Positions 10,114-19,109 of a DNA stretch of 64,000 bases are shown in pieces (within the stretch, counting starts at the first letter, position 1; each line of letters starts with the position of its first letter). The stretch is from IMG/VR virus record IMGVR_UViG_3300041405_000166, positions 26,792-90,791 of that record. The stretch is one strand, 5' to 3'. The position numbers and the translations under genes were made by a program. Below the pieces are notes generated by a model that did no database searches, was not told the origin of the DNA, and worked only from the letters and a program-made list of their open reading frames with translations. This stretch comes from a virus.

Positions 10114-10790
10114 CGTATCTGCGCCTGCGGGATAAACCCCGGAACCACCTGGCCGCCCACCGGAGCCTCGACGGCATAAACCCTGTCGTTCGGCTCCCCC
10201 GTCACGGTGATCATGTCGCCGGCGAATACCGGAGCACAGCCATTCTCCTGGATCAACATCTTGGCCCCCAGCGAATCACCGGCATCAAGGCGCGACTGAT
10301 ACAGCTCGGCGGCGATCGCCTGGCGGCACATGAACACCGTTTTCGTCAGCACCGTGGCCGCCTGAGCAGGCATCAGGTCAGGTGCTGGGGTCAACATCGG
10401 GGTCATGAAGTAGCCATCAATAACCTGGTCGTTGACGTTGCGCATCAGGCCGCGGGTGGTGTCGCCTTGGACGTCGGTCACCACCACCACAAACCCTTTG
10501 GGTGCCTTGCCGCAATTGCCAGCTCGAACCGTGGATAGATAGCCAGGGTAATCCTCGGCCATGATGCGCGCCTTGGCGGCCATGGTGATCTGCGCATCAG
10601 GGCAGTAGAAGGTATCGCGGGCAACACGATACGCCTCGACATCATCTGCGGCCTGGGCCGGGGTGATCATGCTCACCAGGGCGAAGGCGAACAGCAACGC
10701 GCCAGCGATGGCGAAGGGCGTTGTGAGAATCGTCCAGGCCCGCTGACGGCGAGCTTCGAGGACAGTGTTGCGAGTGGCCTGGGATTTCAT
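10110..10790 (-). CDS. exported/membrane-anchored protein with two Cys-pair repeats
   Basis: Hydrophobic segment ending in AQA-A; FYC..GNC and FMC..NGC repeats. Confidence 0.65.
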   Translation of the reverse strand: MKSQATRNTVLEARRQRAWTILTTPFAIAGALLFAFALVSMITPAQAADDVEAYRVARDTFYCPDAQITMAAKARIMAEDYPGYLSTVRAGNCGKAPKGFVVVVTDVQGDTTRGLMRNVNDQVIDGYFMTPMLTPAPDLMPAQAATVLTKTVFMCRQAIAAELYQSRLDAGDSLGAKMLIQENGCAPVFAGDMITVTGEPNDRVYAVEAPVGGQVVPGFIPQAQIR

Positions 10791-10850
10791 GATGCGTTAC
10801 CTCTTCAGGTGTGTGGTCTTCGTGGTGGACGGGTTAGATTTTCAAGCAGC

Positions 10851-11696
10851 CTATGCTGGTACTGCCGAGTCTGCAGATTCCTCGTCATCAGTCGTGCCAG
10901 ACAGAAACCCCATGATGATCGGGGCGACCGTGGTGGCCTTGGTCACCAGGAACAAATGCCCGTCGTCGATGACGTGCAAGGTGGCGTCAGGGATCAGTGC
11001 GGCGATCAGGCGCATATTGACCAGTGGGATGATCGGATCATCATTGCCAGCCAGCACCAGTGTTGGCTGCTTGATCCGGCGCAGCCAATGCAGACTGGTC
11101 CAGAACCAAACGGCCATTCCTTGGTAGGCATAACCGCGGCCACCAGTGGATTGCATCTTGGCGGCGTGGCTAGCGGCCAGCGCCTTGTCGTGGCGGAAAA
11201 CTCCACCGTAGATTTCCGGTGCGATTTTGGCGCCGTACTCGGGGTCGGTATAACGTCGCGGGCTGGACATCAGCGCCAAGACTTTCGGGGACGGCATGAC
11301 GCTCAGGATTCCAGTCGAAGTCGCCGCGAGAATCAGTTTTGTGCAGCGCTGCGGGTAATCATTGGCGAATTGCTGAGCCAGGAAACCGCCCCACGAAACA
11401 CCAATGACATTGACTTGGTCGTATGCCAGGCAATCCAGCATCTTGGCCACGGTCTTGGCCAGGCCGCTGAACGTGTAAGGCAGGCGTGGCGTGGATGAGC
11501 CACCTACGCCTGGCACGTCGAAGGCAATCACTTCCTGATCATGATCCAGGGCCTGCACGAACGGGATCACCAGCTCAAGGCTGGCACCGATGCCGTTGAG
11601 CACCAGCAGCGGGGTGAGGTTTGGATTGCCTGGGCGCACCGCTGTTCTGATGGACTGGCCATCGACCATGACAGTGCGGAAAACAAATTCTTTCAT
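10851..11696 (-). CDS. phaZ: poly(3-hydroxyalkanoate) depolymerase, Pseudomonas intracellular mcl-PHA type
   Basis: FRTV..DGQSIRTAVRPG, NGIGA oxyanion motif, FDVPGVGGS, GVSWG lipase box, GNDDP and DGHLF triad residues; colinear with Pseudomonas PhaZ. Confidence 0.93.
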   Translation of the reverse strand: MKEFVFRTVMVDGQSIRTAVRPGNPNLTPLLVLNGIGASLELVIPFVQALDHDQEVIAFDVPGVGGSSTPRLPYTFSGLAKTVAKMLDCLAYDQVNVIGVSWGGFLAQQFANDYPQRCTKLILAATSTGILSVMPSPKVLALMSSPRRYTDPEYGAKIAPEIYGGVFRHDKALAASHAAKMQSTGGRGYAYQGMAVWFWTSLHWLRRIKQPTLVLAGNDDPIIPLVNMRLIAALIPDATLHVIDDGHLFLVTKATTVAPIIMGFLSGTTDDEESADSAVPA

Positions 11697-11742
11697 CTCT
11701 GTTGCTCCATGCTGCTCGGCGTGCCGGGCGTTTCGGGTTTTT

Positions 11743-11772
11743 GTGCTGGCGAAGCCCGCACTGGGCGGGCTT
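11743..11772 (-). repeat. hairpin + TTCGCCAGYAC leader element, copy 1
   Basis: On - strand AAGCCCGC-CCAGT-GCGGGCTT-CGCCAGCAC upstream of phaZ. Confidence 0.6.
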
Positions 11773-11776
11773 GCTG

Positions 11777-11932
11777 TTATTGATCGCTGCGGCGGCGACC
11801 TTTGTTTTGGCGTTTCAGTTGAGCGCCATCAAGGTCATCGGCGCTGGAATACCAGACCAATAGTCCAGTCCCGACAATAGCGAGGATGATGACGAGCGCC
11901 AAAATAAGCAGCGGGATTATTTGGTCAAGCAT
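11777..11932 (-). CDS. 51-aa single-pass membrane protein (not in ORF track)
   Basis: MLDQIIPLLILALVIILAIVGTGLLVWYSS...RRRSDQ*, AAGGAG RBS. Confidence 0.7.
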   Translation of the reverse strand: MLDQIIPLLILALVIILAIVGTGLLVWYSSADDLDGAQLKRQNKGRRRSDQ

Positions 11933-11959
11933 GGCGACTCCTTGGGTTGGGCTTCCTTG

Positions 11960-11988
11960 GTACTGGCGAAGCCCCGATTAAGGGGCTT
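11960..11988 (-). repeat. hairpin + TTCGCCAGYAC leader element, copy 2
   Basis: On - strand AAGCCCC-TTAATC-GGGGCTT-CGCCAGTAC. Confidence 0.6.
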
Positions 11989-12005
11989 AAGGTGGTCGGG
12001 GTTGG

Positions 12006-12260
12006 TTATGCCGGGAAAAAGGCGGTGCCGCGTGTGATCGTGTAATGAACCTCGAAGGTGCCGTCTGAGTGCAGCGCTACAAGGCGATGCGGCGCACCGT
12101 TCTTATAAAGGTTCGCTTGCTCTTCCAAAGCGGCCAAGCCTTGCACACGGTTACGCGGTTTGATGTCGTCTTTTTGCAGCCATTCGGCGTGCTTGCTGGC
12201 CTCTTCAATGTTGGACCAGTTGCCGCCAAAAACTTGTTGAATCTGGATGCGGTATTTCAT
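12006..12260 (-). CDS. hypothetical protein
   Basis: 84 aa, GGAG RBS. Confidence 0.65.
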   Translation of the reverse strand: MKYRIQIQQVFGGNWSNIEEASKHAEWLQKDDIKPRNRVQGLAALEEQANLYKNGAPHRLVALHSDGTFEVHYTITRGTAFFPA

Positions 12261-12274
12261 CGCGTCTTGCTCCG

Positions 12275-12502
12275 TTACTTTGTGCGTTTGTTGAACAGTG
12301 CGGTCGCCGCTTCGAGCGTCATTTGCTGCTCGACGTAGCGCCAGGTTTTCACGTCACGGCCTGCGACGTAGTTGACGCAGAGCTTCCACACGCCATAACC
12401 AGCATCCTCGCCCCAATGGTTGGTCGACTTCATCAGTGCGAAAGTCGATTTGCCAGACTTGTTGGCCTTGACGGAGATCTTGGTGTGGGCGGCTTTGGTC
12501 AT
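12275..12502 (-). CDS. hypothetical protein
   Basis: Starts MTKAAH after a GGAG RBS; first gene behind the sigma70 promoter. Confidence 0.65.
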   Translation of the reverse strand: MTKAAHTKISVKANKSGKSTFALMKSTNHWGEDAGYGVWKLCVNYVAGRDVKTWRYVEQQMTLEAATALFNKRTK

Positions 12503-12540
12503 GGCGGTGGCTCCGTGTTGTTCGTCTTGGCTACAACTTA

Positions 12541-12569
12541 AATATATCCATAGCTGCACATCTTTGCAA
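12541..12569 (-). promoter_or_regulatory. sigma70-type promoter of the phaZ cassette
   Basis: TTGCAA-17 nt-TATATT on the - strand. Confidence 0.7.
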
Positions 12570-12598
12570 CTACAGATACAAAGTAATTTCACCGCTTG

Positions 12599-12619
12599 TC
12601 GTGACAGCACCATCCTGTC
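12599..12619 (+). promoter_or_regulatory. putative late promoter, leaderless
   Basis: TCGTGAC-AGCACCAT-CCTGTC-ATG(12620). Confidence 0.75.
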
Positions 12620-13783
12620 ATGAGCACACCATCGTCCCAGAAATCAGACGTCCGCCCGATCAGCTTCCTGCTCCAGGACCTGAGCAACGGCAACGACCTG
12701 ACCAGCGTCCCACTGAACATCCGCCCAGCTGATCTGACGCGGGTCGAGCCGTCGCGCGCCTCGGTGCAGCAGACCCTCGGCGGGGCCTGGCTGGATAACT
12801 GGGGGCCCGGCATTCGCCAGGTGAACATCAACGGGCATACCGGCTGGCGTGGCAGCAACTATGAGGACGGCATGGAGCTGTTCCGGACGCTGAACAACAC
12901 CGTATTCAAGAGCTGGCACGAGAAACGGCGCCTGGCGATCAGTGCCGGCCGGGATCCTGAGTTGATTCAGCTGATCTTCGCCGACCTGCTCGATGACTTC
13001 GTGTACGTGGTTGCCCCGATGAACTTCACGCTGCGCCGGAGCAAGCAGAGCCCGCTGCTGATGCAATACCAGATCAGCATGCTGGTGCTGTCTGAGGACT
13101 TGGTCGACCTGAAGAACAAGCTACGTCCGCCAGCGATCTTGCCGGGTGACATCGCGGTACCTGAGGCGCTGAAAACCCTGAGGGAGATCCTTGGACGAAT
13201 CCGCAACTTTGCCACCAGCGTGGGTAACTTCATCAACGGCACCATTGGTGCAGCCGTCCGATCGTTCATGAACCTGACGGCCGATGTCCTGGCGGTGACG
13301 GTCGAGACGATCAGTTCGCTCAAAGGTTCGTTTGATGAGGTTGCCGGTCCGCTGCTGTCGGTAGCCACCGACCTGGCCCAGGCCGGGCGCAACATCATGT
13401 GCACCGTCGCCACCGTGCAATCGCTGGGGACCTTCGTCAAATCCAGGATCATGGAAATCAGCGGGGCCTTCACCTACGCCTTGTGCCTGCTGAAAAACGC
13501 TTTTGGTGGCGGCAAGAAATACCCGGACTATTCCGACTGGTACGGCGCGAGCAACTGTTCGTCCATCTCAGGTGGTCGTCCGCTGTCGCCGCTGCGCTTC
13601 GAAAACCCGTTCTACAAACTGACGCCGAGTCCGAGCACGCCGATCACCCAGACACCAGAAGCGCGCAATTCCATGAAGCTGCTGGTAGGCATGGATGTGT
13701 TATCGACCACGCCGACCATGGACATGGAGTCGAATATCCGCTCGGTGAATGACGGCACGGCTGTCGTTGAGGCTATCGCATGA
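12620..13783 (+). CDS. tail tube initiator/baseplate-associated protein
   Basis: 387 aa; VQQTLGGAWLDNWG...INGHTGW motif; position in operon. Confidence 0.6.
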   Translation: MSTPSSQKSDVRPISFLLQDLSNGNDLTSVPLNIRPADLTRVEPSRASVQQTLGGAWLDNWGPGIRQVNINGHTGWRGSNYEDGMELFRTLNNTVFKSWHEKRRLAISAGRDPELIQLIFADLLDDFVYVVAPMNFTLRRSKQSPLLMQYQISMLVLSEDLVDLKNKLRPPAILPGDIAVPEALKTLREILGRIRNFATSVGNFINGTIGAAVRSFMNLTADVLAVTVETISSLKGSFDEVAGPLLSVATDLAQAGRNIMCTVATVQSLGTFVKSRIMEISGAFTYALCLLKNAFGGGKKYPDYSDWYGASNCSSISGGRPLSPLRFENPFYKLTPSPSTPITQTPEARNSMKLLVGMDVLSTTPTMDMESNIRSVNDGTAVVEAIA

Positions 13784-14403
13784 GTGAGTTTGACCGCCCC
13801 CTGATCGGTTACCGCCTGGTTGACACCTTGTACGGCGACACCTTGCAGAAGGTGGCTGCGCGTGAGCTGGGCAACGCGGACCGTTGGCCTGACCTGGCCA
13901 ACATTAATAACCTGATGCCGCCGTACATCACTGATGACGCCTCGATCGCGTCTGATCGGGTGCTGCTGTCTGGCAGCACGCTGATCGTCCCCGCGCAAAG
14001 CAAGCTGTCGGAGGCGTCCGACTCGACGGATCCGGACAAGATCTATCAGATGGACATGGGCCTAATCGATGGCGATATGTCCGCTGATGAAAATGGCGAC
14101 TTTCTGGTGTTCAACGGTCGCGACAACCTCAAGCAGGCTTTGGAGCACCGTGTCGATGTCGAGCGCGGGGAGCTGATGTGGCATCCGGAATACGGCTCGC
14201 TGCACCGGGCGTTGATCGGCACGGTGAATGGGCCGACGGCGAGCACGCTGGCGGCCAAGTATGTAGACGCGACGCTGAAGGCCGATCCTCGCGTCCAATC
14301 GGTCAATAGCGTGGTCGCCACCGTCGTCGGCGATCAAATCAATGTGGTGGCGGACGTAATGCCCATCGTTGGCCGATCCATGAAAATCGAGGTAGGTATC
14401 TAA
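13780..14403 (+). CDS. LysM-like + gp25/gpW-like baseplate protein
   Basis: GDTLQKVAARELG..RW..LA..N (LysM-like) and HPEYGS...DPRV (gp25-like). Confidence 0.8.
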   Translation: MSEFDRPLIGYRLVDTLYGDTLQKVAARELGNADRWPDLANINNLMPPYITDDASIASDRVLLSGSTLIVPAQSKLSEASDSTDPDKIYQMDMGLIDGDMSADENGDFLVFNGRDNLKQALEHRVDVERGELMWHPEYGSLHRALIGTVNGPTASTLAAKYVDATLKADPRVQSVNSVVATVVGDQINVVADVMPIVGRSMKIEVGI

Positions 14404-15530
14404 TGTTTCAAATCAAGGACTTCGTCTCGATTACGGCATCGATGATCAACCTCATGCGTGCCAGCACGAAGAAGATCACCGACTTCAACGTCGGCTCGGT
14501 AGCGCGGACGCTGATCGAAGCGCCGGCATCCGAGCTTGATCAGCTGTACCAGGAAATGTTCCACGGCCTGAAGGAAGCGATTCCGGTCGCCACCTACAAC
14601 ACGTTTGAATTTCCACTGCTCCCGGCGTCGGCCGCGACTGGTGTGCTGACGTTCTACGCCACGGGTGGTCATTCTGAAGACATCCTGATCGCCACTGGGA
14701 CACTGGTGAAGAACCCGACCACGAACAAGGTCTACCGGACCATCCGTGACGTCTTCCTTGAGGTTGGCGATCCTCAGGTGTCCGTGGCGGGCGTGGCCGA
14801 TACGGTTGGCGCTGATACCAACTGCGACGCCAACACCATTCTGGTGTTGATCGGTTCCATCACGGGTATCGCCGGGGTTTCCAACCTGACCGCTTTTTCC
14901 GGTGGGCGCGACATCGAAACGGATGACGAGCGCAAACTGCGATTCCAGGGCTTCATCAGTACGCTGCAGCGCGGCACCTTGGCGGCGATTCGCTACGGGG
15001 CCAGCACTGCGGTGGTGACCGACGTCAACGGAATCATCATTGAGCGAGTGGTGTTTATCGGGATCGTCGAGCCCTACGAAGTCGATCCGATCGCCAATGA
15101 CCCGGGGTACGTCGAGGTCTACGTGCACAACGGCGTGGGCGGTACCTCGCCGACGCTGGTGGACAACGTCCAGCTGATCATCGACGGCTATTACGATGAG
15201 GATGGTGTTCCAGTTCCTGGCTGGAAAGCCGCCGGAGTGGTGGTGGACTGTTTCGCTGCGACCGAAGTGCTCCAGGCCGTGACCGGATCTGTATATTTTT
15301 TACCTGGGTATCAGAGCGCTACCGTGTTGGCTGAATGCACGACGGTGGTCCGTGCGTATCTTCTCTCGCTGAAGGTCGGCGAGAAGTCGGTGAAGAACGA
15401 AATCGTCGAACGGATCATGGCCGTGCCTGGCGTGTACAACCTGGTGCTGGCCGCACCGACGGCGGACCTGGCGCCGATCGCCTCCGAGAAAATCATGCCG
15501 GGCGTCGTCACGCTGACAGCTGGGGTGTAA
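14403..15530 (+). CDS. baseplate J-like wedge protein
   Basis: DFNVGSVARTLIEA; GGRDIETDDERKLR; RGT..AI. Confidence 0.9.
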   Translation: MFQIKDFVSITASMINLMRASTKKITDFNVGSVARTLIEAPASELDQLYQEMFHGLKEAIPVATYNTFEFPLLPASAATGVLTFYATGGHSEDILIATGTLVKNPTTNKVYRTIRDVFLEVGDPQVSVAGVADTVGADTNCDANTILVLIGSITGIAGVSNLTAFSGGRDIETDDERKLRFQGFISTLQRGTLAAIRYGASTAVVTDVNGIIIERVVFIGIVEPYEVDPIANDPGYVEVYVHNGVGGTSPTLVDNVQLIIDGYYDEDGVPVPGWKAAGVVVDCFAATEVLQAVTGSVYFLPGYQSATVLAECTTVVRAYLLSLKVGEKSVKNEIVERIMAVPGVYNLVLAAPTADLAPIASEKIMPGVVTLTAGV

Positions 15531-15534
15531 CCGT

Positions 15535-16650
15535 ATGAAGCTCACGCAAAAGCTCCTTGGCTACCTCAATCGGGCCTTCAGTCGCGATCCTGTCCAATTC
15601 ATGGCGCTGCGTATCAGCTATGACGGCGCCATGGTCTGGACGATCGAGGACGCGGTGCTGACTACCACCGTCACTGGCGGCACGGGCACGAGCCATGTGG
15701 TGCAGCTCAGCGACTACAACCTGGCGCAGCTGGCAAACTACTTCGCTGCACTGCCAGGGTACTCGGTGCCATTCCAGATCTCCGGAACGGCATCAACGCT
15801 GAGCGCTCGCGTACTGATGGATGGCACTGGCGACCAGGTGTTATCGAACGGCGATCACCTGTACGCCTATACCTCGCTGACCTGGGCTTTCCTTGAGGCG
15901 AGCGCCTACGAGCTCAAGCACGCTCGCGAACAGATTTACCAGATGCTGCGGCAAATGGTGGTGCCAACAGCAGAAGACGAGTGGCTGGATGAGATCGGTG
16001 GCTATTACAACGTCAGGCGCCAGGATGGCGAGATCGATTCGACCTATGGTCCTCGAATCATTTATGAGGTGATTCGCCCGCGGAACAACAACAAGGCGAT
16101 TGAACTGGCAATCAGTCAGGCCACTGGCGGCCTACCATCGAAGGTCACGGACGTGACAATCCCGGGTGATATCTCTCCGCTTTACAATGGGGATATCGAC
16201 CATGATGGGTCTAGGCTGTATAACGCGACAGGTAAATATCGGCGAAACCTCTTCGATGTCGAGTATGCGTTTGACCTCGAAGGCGCTGAAGATATTGCCC
16301 CATTCCAAGCGCGTGTGCTTGGCATCATTGACCAATTCCGCTCGGCCGGCACGCACCTTCGGCAGATTTTGCTTCAGTCTGGTCAGCTGGTTGATACCGC
16401 CACTTACAACTTCACAGACAGTCTGGATTTCGTCGGCACCGTGACGATGGAAGATTCGGTGGATGCCCAGACCGATGACATGGAACTCTCCGGAATTCTT
16501 GGTTTGACTGATACGGCTGTCATGCCTGCCGACGGTGATCTGGTCATTGAGTCGCTGAGCGTTCACACCTACAACGGCGTCCATTTCTATGGCGGTTCTG
16601 GCCGTGTGGTGAATTACGACAGCGGCGAAACCGTGATCGAGACGCTGTAG
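15535..16650 (+). CDS. baseplate wedge protein (gpI-like)
   Basis: TAEDEWLDEIG.YY.V.R..GE.D..Y..RI motif after the J-like gene. Confidence 0.7.
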   Translation: MKLTQKLLGYLNRAFSRDPVQFMALRISYDGAMVWTIEDAVLTTTVTGGTGTSHVVQLSDYNLAQLANYFAALPGYSVPFQISGTASTLSARVLMDGTGDQVLSNGDHLYAYTSLTWAFLEASAYELKHAREQIYQMLRQMVVPTAEDEWLDEIGGYYNVRRQDGEIDSTYGPRIIYEVIRPRNNNKAIELAISQATGGLPSKVTDVTIPGDISPLYNGDIDHDGSRLYNATGKYRRNLFDVEYAFDLEGAEDIAPFQARVLGIIDQFRSAGTHLRQILLQSGQLVDTATYNFTDSLDFVGTVTMEDSVDAQTDDMELSGILGLTDTAVMPADGDLVIESLSVHTYNGVHFYGGSGRVVNYDSGETVIETL

Positions 16651-16654
16651 TCGG

Positions 16655-16687
16655 TCGTGACATTACCCTCCTCTCATTAAAGGAGGG
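16655..16687 (+). promoter_or_regulatory. putative late promoter overlapping an RBS-sequestering hairpin
   Basis: TCGTGAC-ATTACCCT; CCCTCCT (16666-72) pairs with AGGAGGG (16681-87). Confidence 0.7.
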
Positions 16688-16696
16688 CATCCCCCC

Positions 16697-17161
16697 ATGA
16701 TCCAACTCATTGACGACGTGAATTACGGTGACCCCGAGTATCGGCCTACCGGTATTTTTACGCTGAATATTTACCGTAAAGGCGTGTTGGTCGAAGTCTA
16801 TGAAGACGCCAATCTGGTGGTTGATCTATCGAAGCAACAGCTCGCTCGATTGATCGGTGGCGACGTCACCAACCGATCGTTGACCAAGATTGGTTTCGGT
16901 ACGTCCGGCACTGCGCCGGCCGCTGGGAACACGTCATTGACTGGTGCCTATGTGAATGCCCTTGGCGCTGTTACCTATCCCGCCACGAACTCCGTTCAAT
17001 ACGCCTTCACCCTCGGCACCTCTGAGGCCAACGGCCTGTCGATCATGGAATTCGGTCTGTTCACTGCCGGCGATGTTCTCTTCGCTCGAAAAACGCGCGC
17101 CGGCGTCATTGTGAAAGACTCCGACCTTTCGCTCGCTGGCACCTGGCGCATCAACTTTTAA
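16697..17161 (+). CDS. tail fibre attachment/baseplate protein
   Basis: IGFGT, EANG..I.EFGL...LFARK, K.SD..L...W.I motifs. Confidence 0.7.
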   Translation: MIQLIDDVNYGDPEYRPTGIFTLNIYRKGVLVEVYEDANLVVDLSKQQLARLIGGDVTNRSLTKIGFGTSGTAPAAGNTSLTGAYVNALGAVTYPATNSVQYAFTLGTSEANGLSIMEFGLFTAGDVLFARKTRAGVIVKDSDLSLAGTWRINF

Positions 17162-17172
17162 GGGGCTGGTAA

Positions 17173-18126
17173 ATGTCTAACGTTCCAGAATCCGCCGTTT
17201 ATGATGCCGGTATTTACCAGATCGAAATCGTCGATGCTGTAATCGGCGGCGTCAACGGTATTTCCAACCTGCAGGCCAAAGGGTTGGCAAACCGGACCAC
17301 TTGGCTTAAGCAGCAGGTCGATGCGCTCAATTTGCTGAAAGGTACTGGTGTCGCCATCTTCAGTGCGGCGAACAGCTACACGGGTGGTCAGCAGGTGATC
17401 TACCAGAAGAACATCTGGCAGGCCAACACCGCGATTAGCCCTGGCGCCTTCAACCCAGCTAACTGGACTCGACAGCTCGGCGTGGCCGCTGAAAGTGCGC
17501 TGGCCGACGCTGTTCCTCAGCAGGACGGAGTGGCCGCCGTCGGCACCTCGACTGATGTGGCTCGCGAAGATCACGTTCATCCAGTCGACACGAGTCGGGT
17601 CGCTGTAAGTGACCTTGCTTCTCAAGCAGAAGGTGAGGCGGGCACAAACAACACAAAATGGATGAGCTCGCTTAGGGTGGCTCAATTTGTCGCCGCAAAA
17701 ATAGTACAGGCTACCGAGAGTCTCTTTGGTTGGGCGAAGGTGGCAACTCAAACACAGACTAATGCGGGCACTGACGATACAACAATCGTAACCCCTAAGA
17801 AGTTGAGAGCAGGGTTTTCAATTTCTCTGTCGGTAAACGGATGGATTGCGTTTCCAACATGGATGAGTGGCCTGATTATTCAGTGGGGGAAAACAGGTCC
17901 AGGCGTTGTCCCAGCCGGCGGTCAGAGCGTAAATCCTTCGTGGCCAATGGCGTTCCCTACCGCGGTCATTTATGCAGGCGCATCCTGCGATGCGACTGGT
18001 TCTACTGCCAACGTTTTGGGGACAACCGTTTATAACGTTGGACTGACAACCGTCGGGGTGACCGTGACGAACACCGGTGCTGGTCAGAACACCAACGGAA
18101 CCTACTACTTGGGTATCGGTTACTAA
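17173..18126 (+). CDS. tail fibre protein
   Basis: GG.NGISNLQAK.LANRT.WLK N-terminus; AREDHVHP, VTPKKL and GLIIQWG fibre motifs. Confidence 0.85.
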   Translation: MSNVPESAVYDAGIYQIEIVDAVIGGVNGISNLQAKGLANRTTWLKQQVDALNLLKGTGVAIFSAANSYTGGQQVIYQKNIWQANTAISPGAFNPANWTRQLGVAAESALADAVPQQDGVAAVGTSTDVAREDHVHPVDTSRVAVSDLASQAEGEAGTNNTKWMSSLRVAQFVAAKIVQATESLFGWAKVATQTQTNAGTDDTTIVTPKKLRAGFSISLSVNGWIAFPTWMSGLIIQWGKTGPGVVPAGGQSVNPSWPMAFPTAVIYAGASCDATGSTANVLGTTVYNVGLTTVGVTVTNTGAGQNTNGTYYLGIGY

Positions 18127-18137
18127 GGAGAAAATCC

Positions 18138-18665
18138 ATGTTCGCGTCCAGGTCTACTCGTGGTTTCTACTATCCGGGGGTCAATGTTTCCATGCCGGCC
18201 GATGTGGTAACTCTCCCAGAAGGCCTGTATGCCGAAATAATGGCCGGTCAATCTGAAGGCAAGATTATCGAATGGGCCGAGAATGGGTTTCCATTTTTGA
18301 GTGACGCCCCGCCGCCGACGACCGACCAGATGTGGAATAAAATAAAGTTCGAGCGTGACCGTCGTAAAGATCTCGGTGTGCTGGCTGCCGGGCATTGGTT
18401 TCACTCCGATTCGGCGAGCCGGATCCAGCAATTGGCTCTCGTAATCATGGGTGCCAACATGCCCGCCGGCATCCAGTGGAAAACCATGGGTGATGAATAT
18501 GTCCTGATGACACCGACGCTGGCCGGGCAGATCTTTAATGCGACGGCAACGCTCGATCAGGTCCTGTTCAGTAATGCCACCGCCCACCGTACCGCCATGC
18601 TGGCCGCTGCCGTTCCCAGCGAATACGACTTCTCTACCGGCTGGCCTGATTTCTACCAGGAGTAA
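18138..18665 (+). CDS. tail fibre assembly protein (DUF4376-like)
   Basis: GFY...P.D, IK.ERDRR, WFHSD..SRIQQ, WKTM, YDFSTGWP. Confidence 0.8.
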   Translation: MFASRSTRGFYYPGVNVSMPADVVTLPEGLYAEIMAGQSEGKIIEWAENGFPFLSDAPPPTTDQMWNKIKFERDRRKDLGVLAAGHWFHSDSASRIQQLALVIMGANMPAGIQWKTMGDEYVLMTPTLAGQIFNATATLDQVLFSNATAHRTAMLAAAVPSEYDFSTGWPDFYQE

Positions 18666-18671
18666 CCTGTC

Positions 18672-19109
18672 ATGCAGCTCGCTTTCTATCGAGGTAAGAC
18701 CAGGCTGTTCAACATCCTCACCGCCTGGTGGACCCGTGGGCCTTTCTCACACTGCGAGCTGATCGTTGGGTATGACGACAAAGGCTTTGCCGAGTGCTGG
18801 TCGGCGTCGTTTATGGATGGCGGCGTGCGCCGTAAAATGATCGAGCTGGATCCAGCGCACTGGGTCATCGTGCCGACCACGTTATCACCGGAAGATGAGG
18901 CCGCTGCGGTGGCCTGGTTCGCCGAGCACAACGGTAAAAAATACGACACGCTGGGTCTGGTGGGATTCTTGTGGCGCCCGTTCTCCGGCAGTGGATCGAA
19001 GTGGTTTTGCTCTGAGGCTCTGGCCGCGGCCCTGGGCTTCCAGGACTCGTGGCGGTTCTGCCCGAACACCCTGCACGCCTCGGTAACGCGCAAGGCGACT
19101 TTCGAATGA
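18672..19109 (+). CDS. permuted papain-like (NlpC/P60, YiiX-like) hydrolase
   Basis: SHCEL (His) before KYD and WFCSE (Cys). Confidence 0.7.
   Translation: MQLAFYRGKTRLFNILTAWWTRGPFSHCELIVGYDDKGFAECWSASFMDGGVRRKMIELDPAHWVIVPTTLSPEDEAAAVAWFAEHNGKKYDTLGLVGFLWRPFSGSGSKWFCSEALAAALGFQDSWRFCPNTLHASVTRKATFE

Noticed and set aside
10851-11696. phaZ as host chromosomal contamination
   Set aside because: No phaC1, phaC2 or phaD neighbours; embedded between phage baseplate genes and sharing phage regulatory motifs
2169-18665. Tailocin/eCIS interpretation of the tail cluster
   Set aside because: Terminase, portal and replication genes are present, so this is a phage
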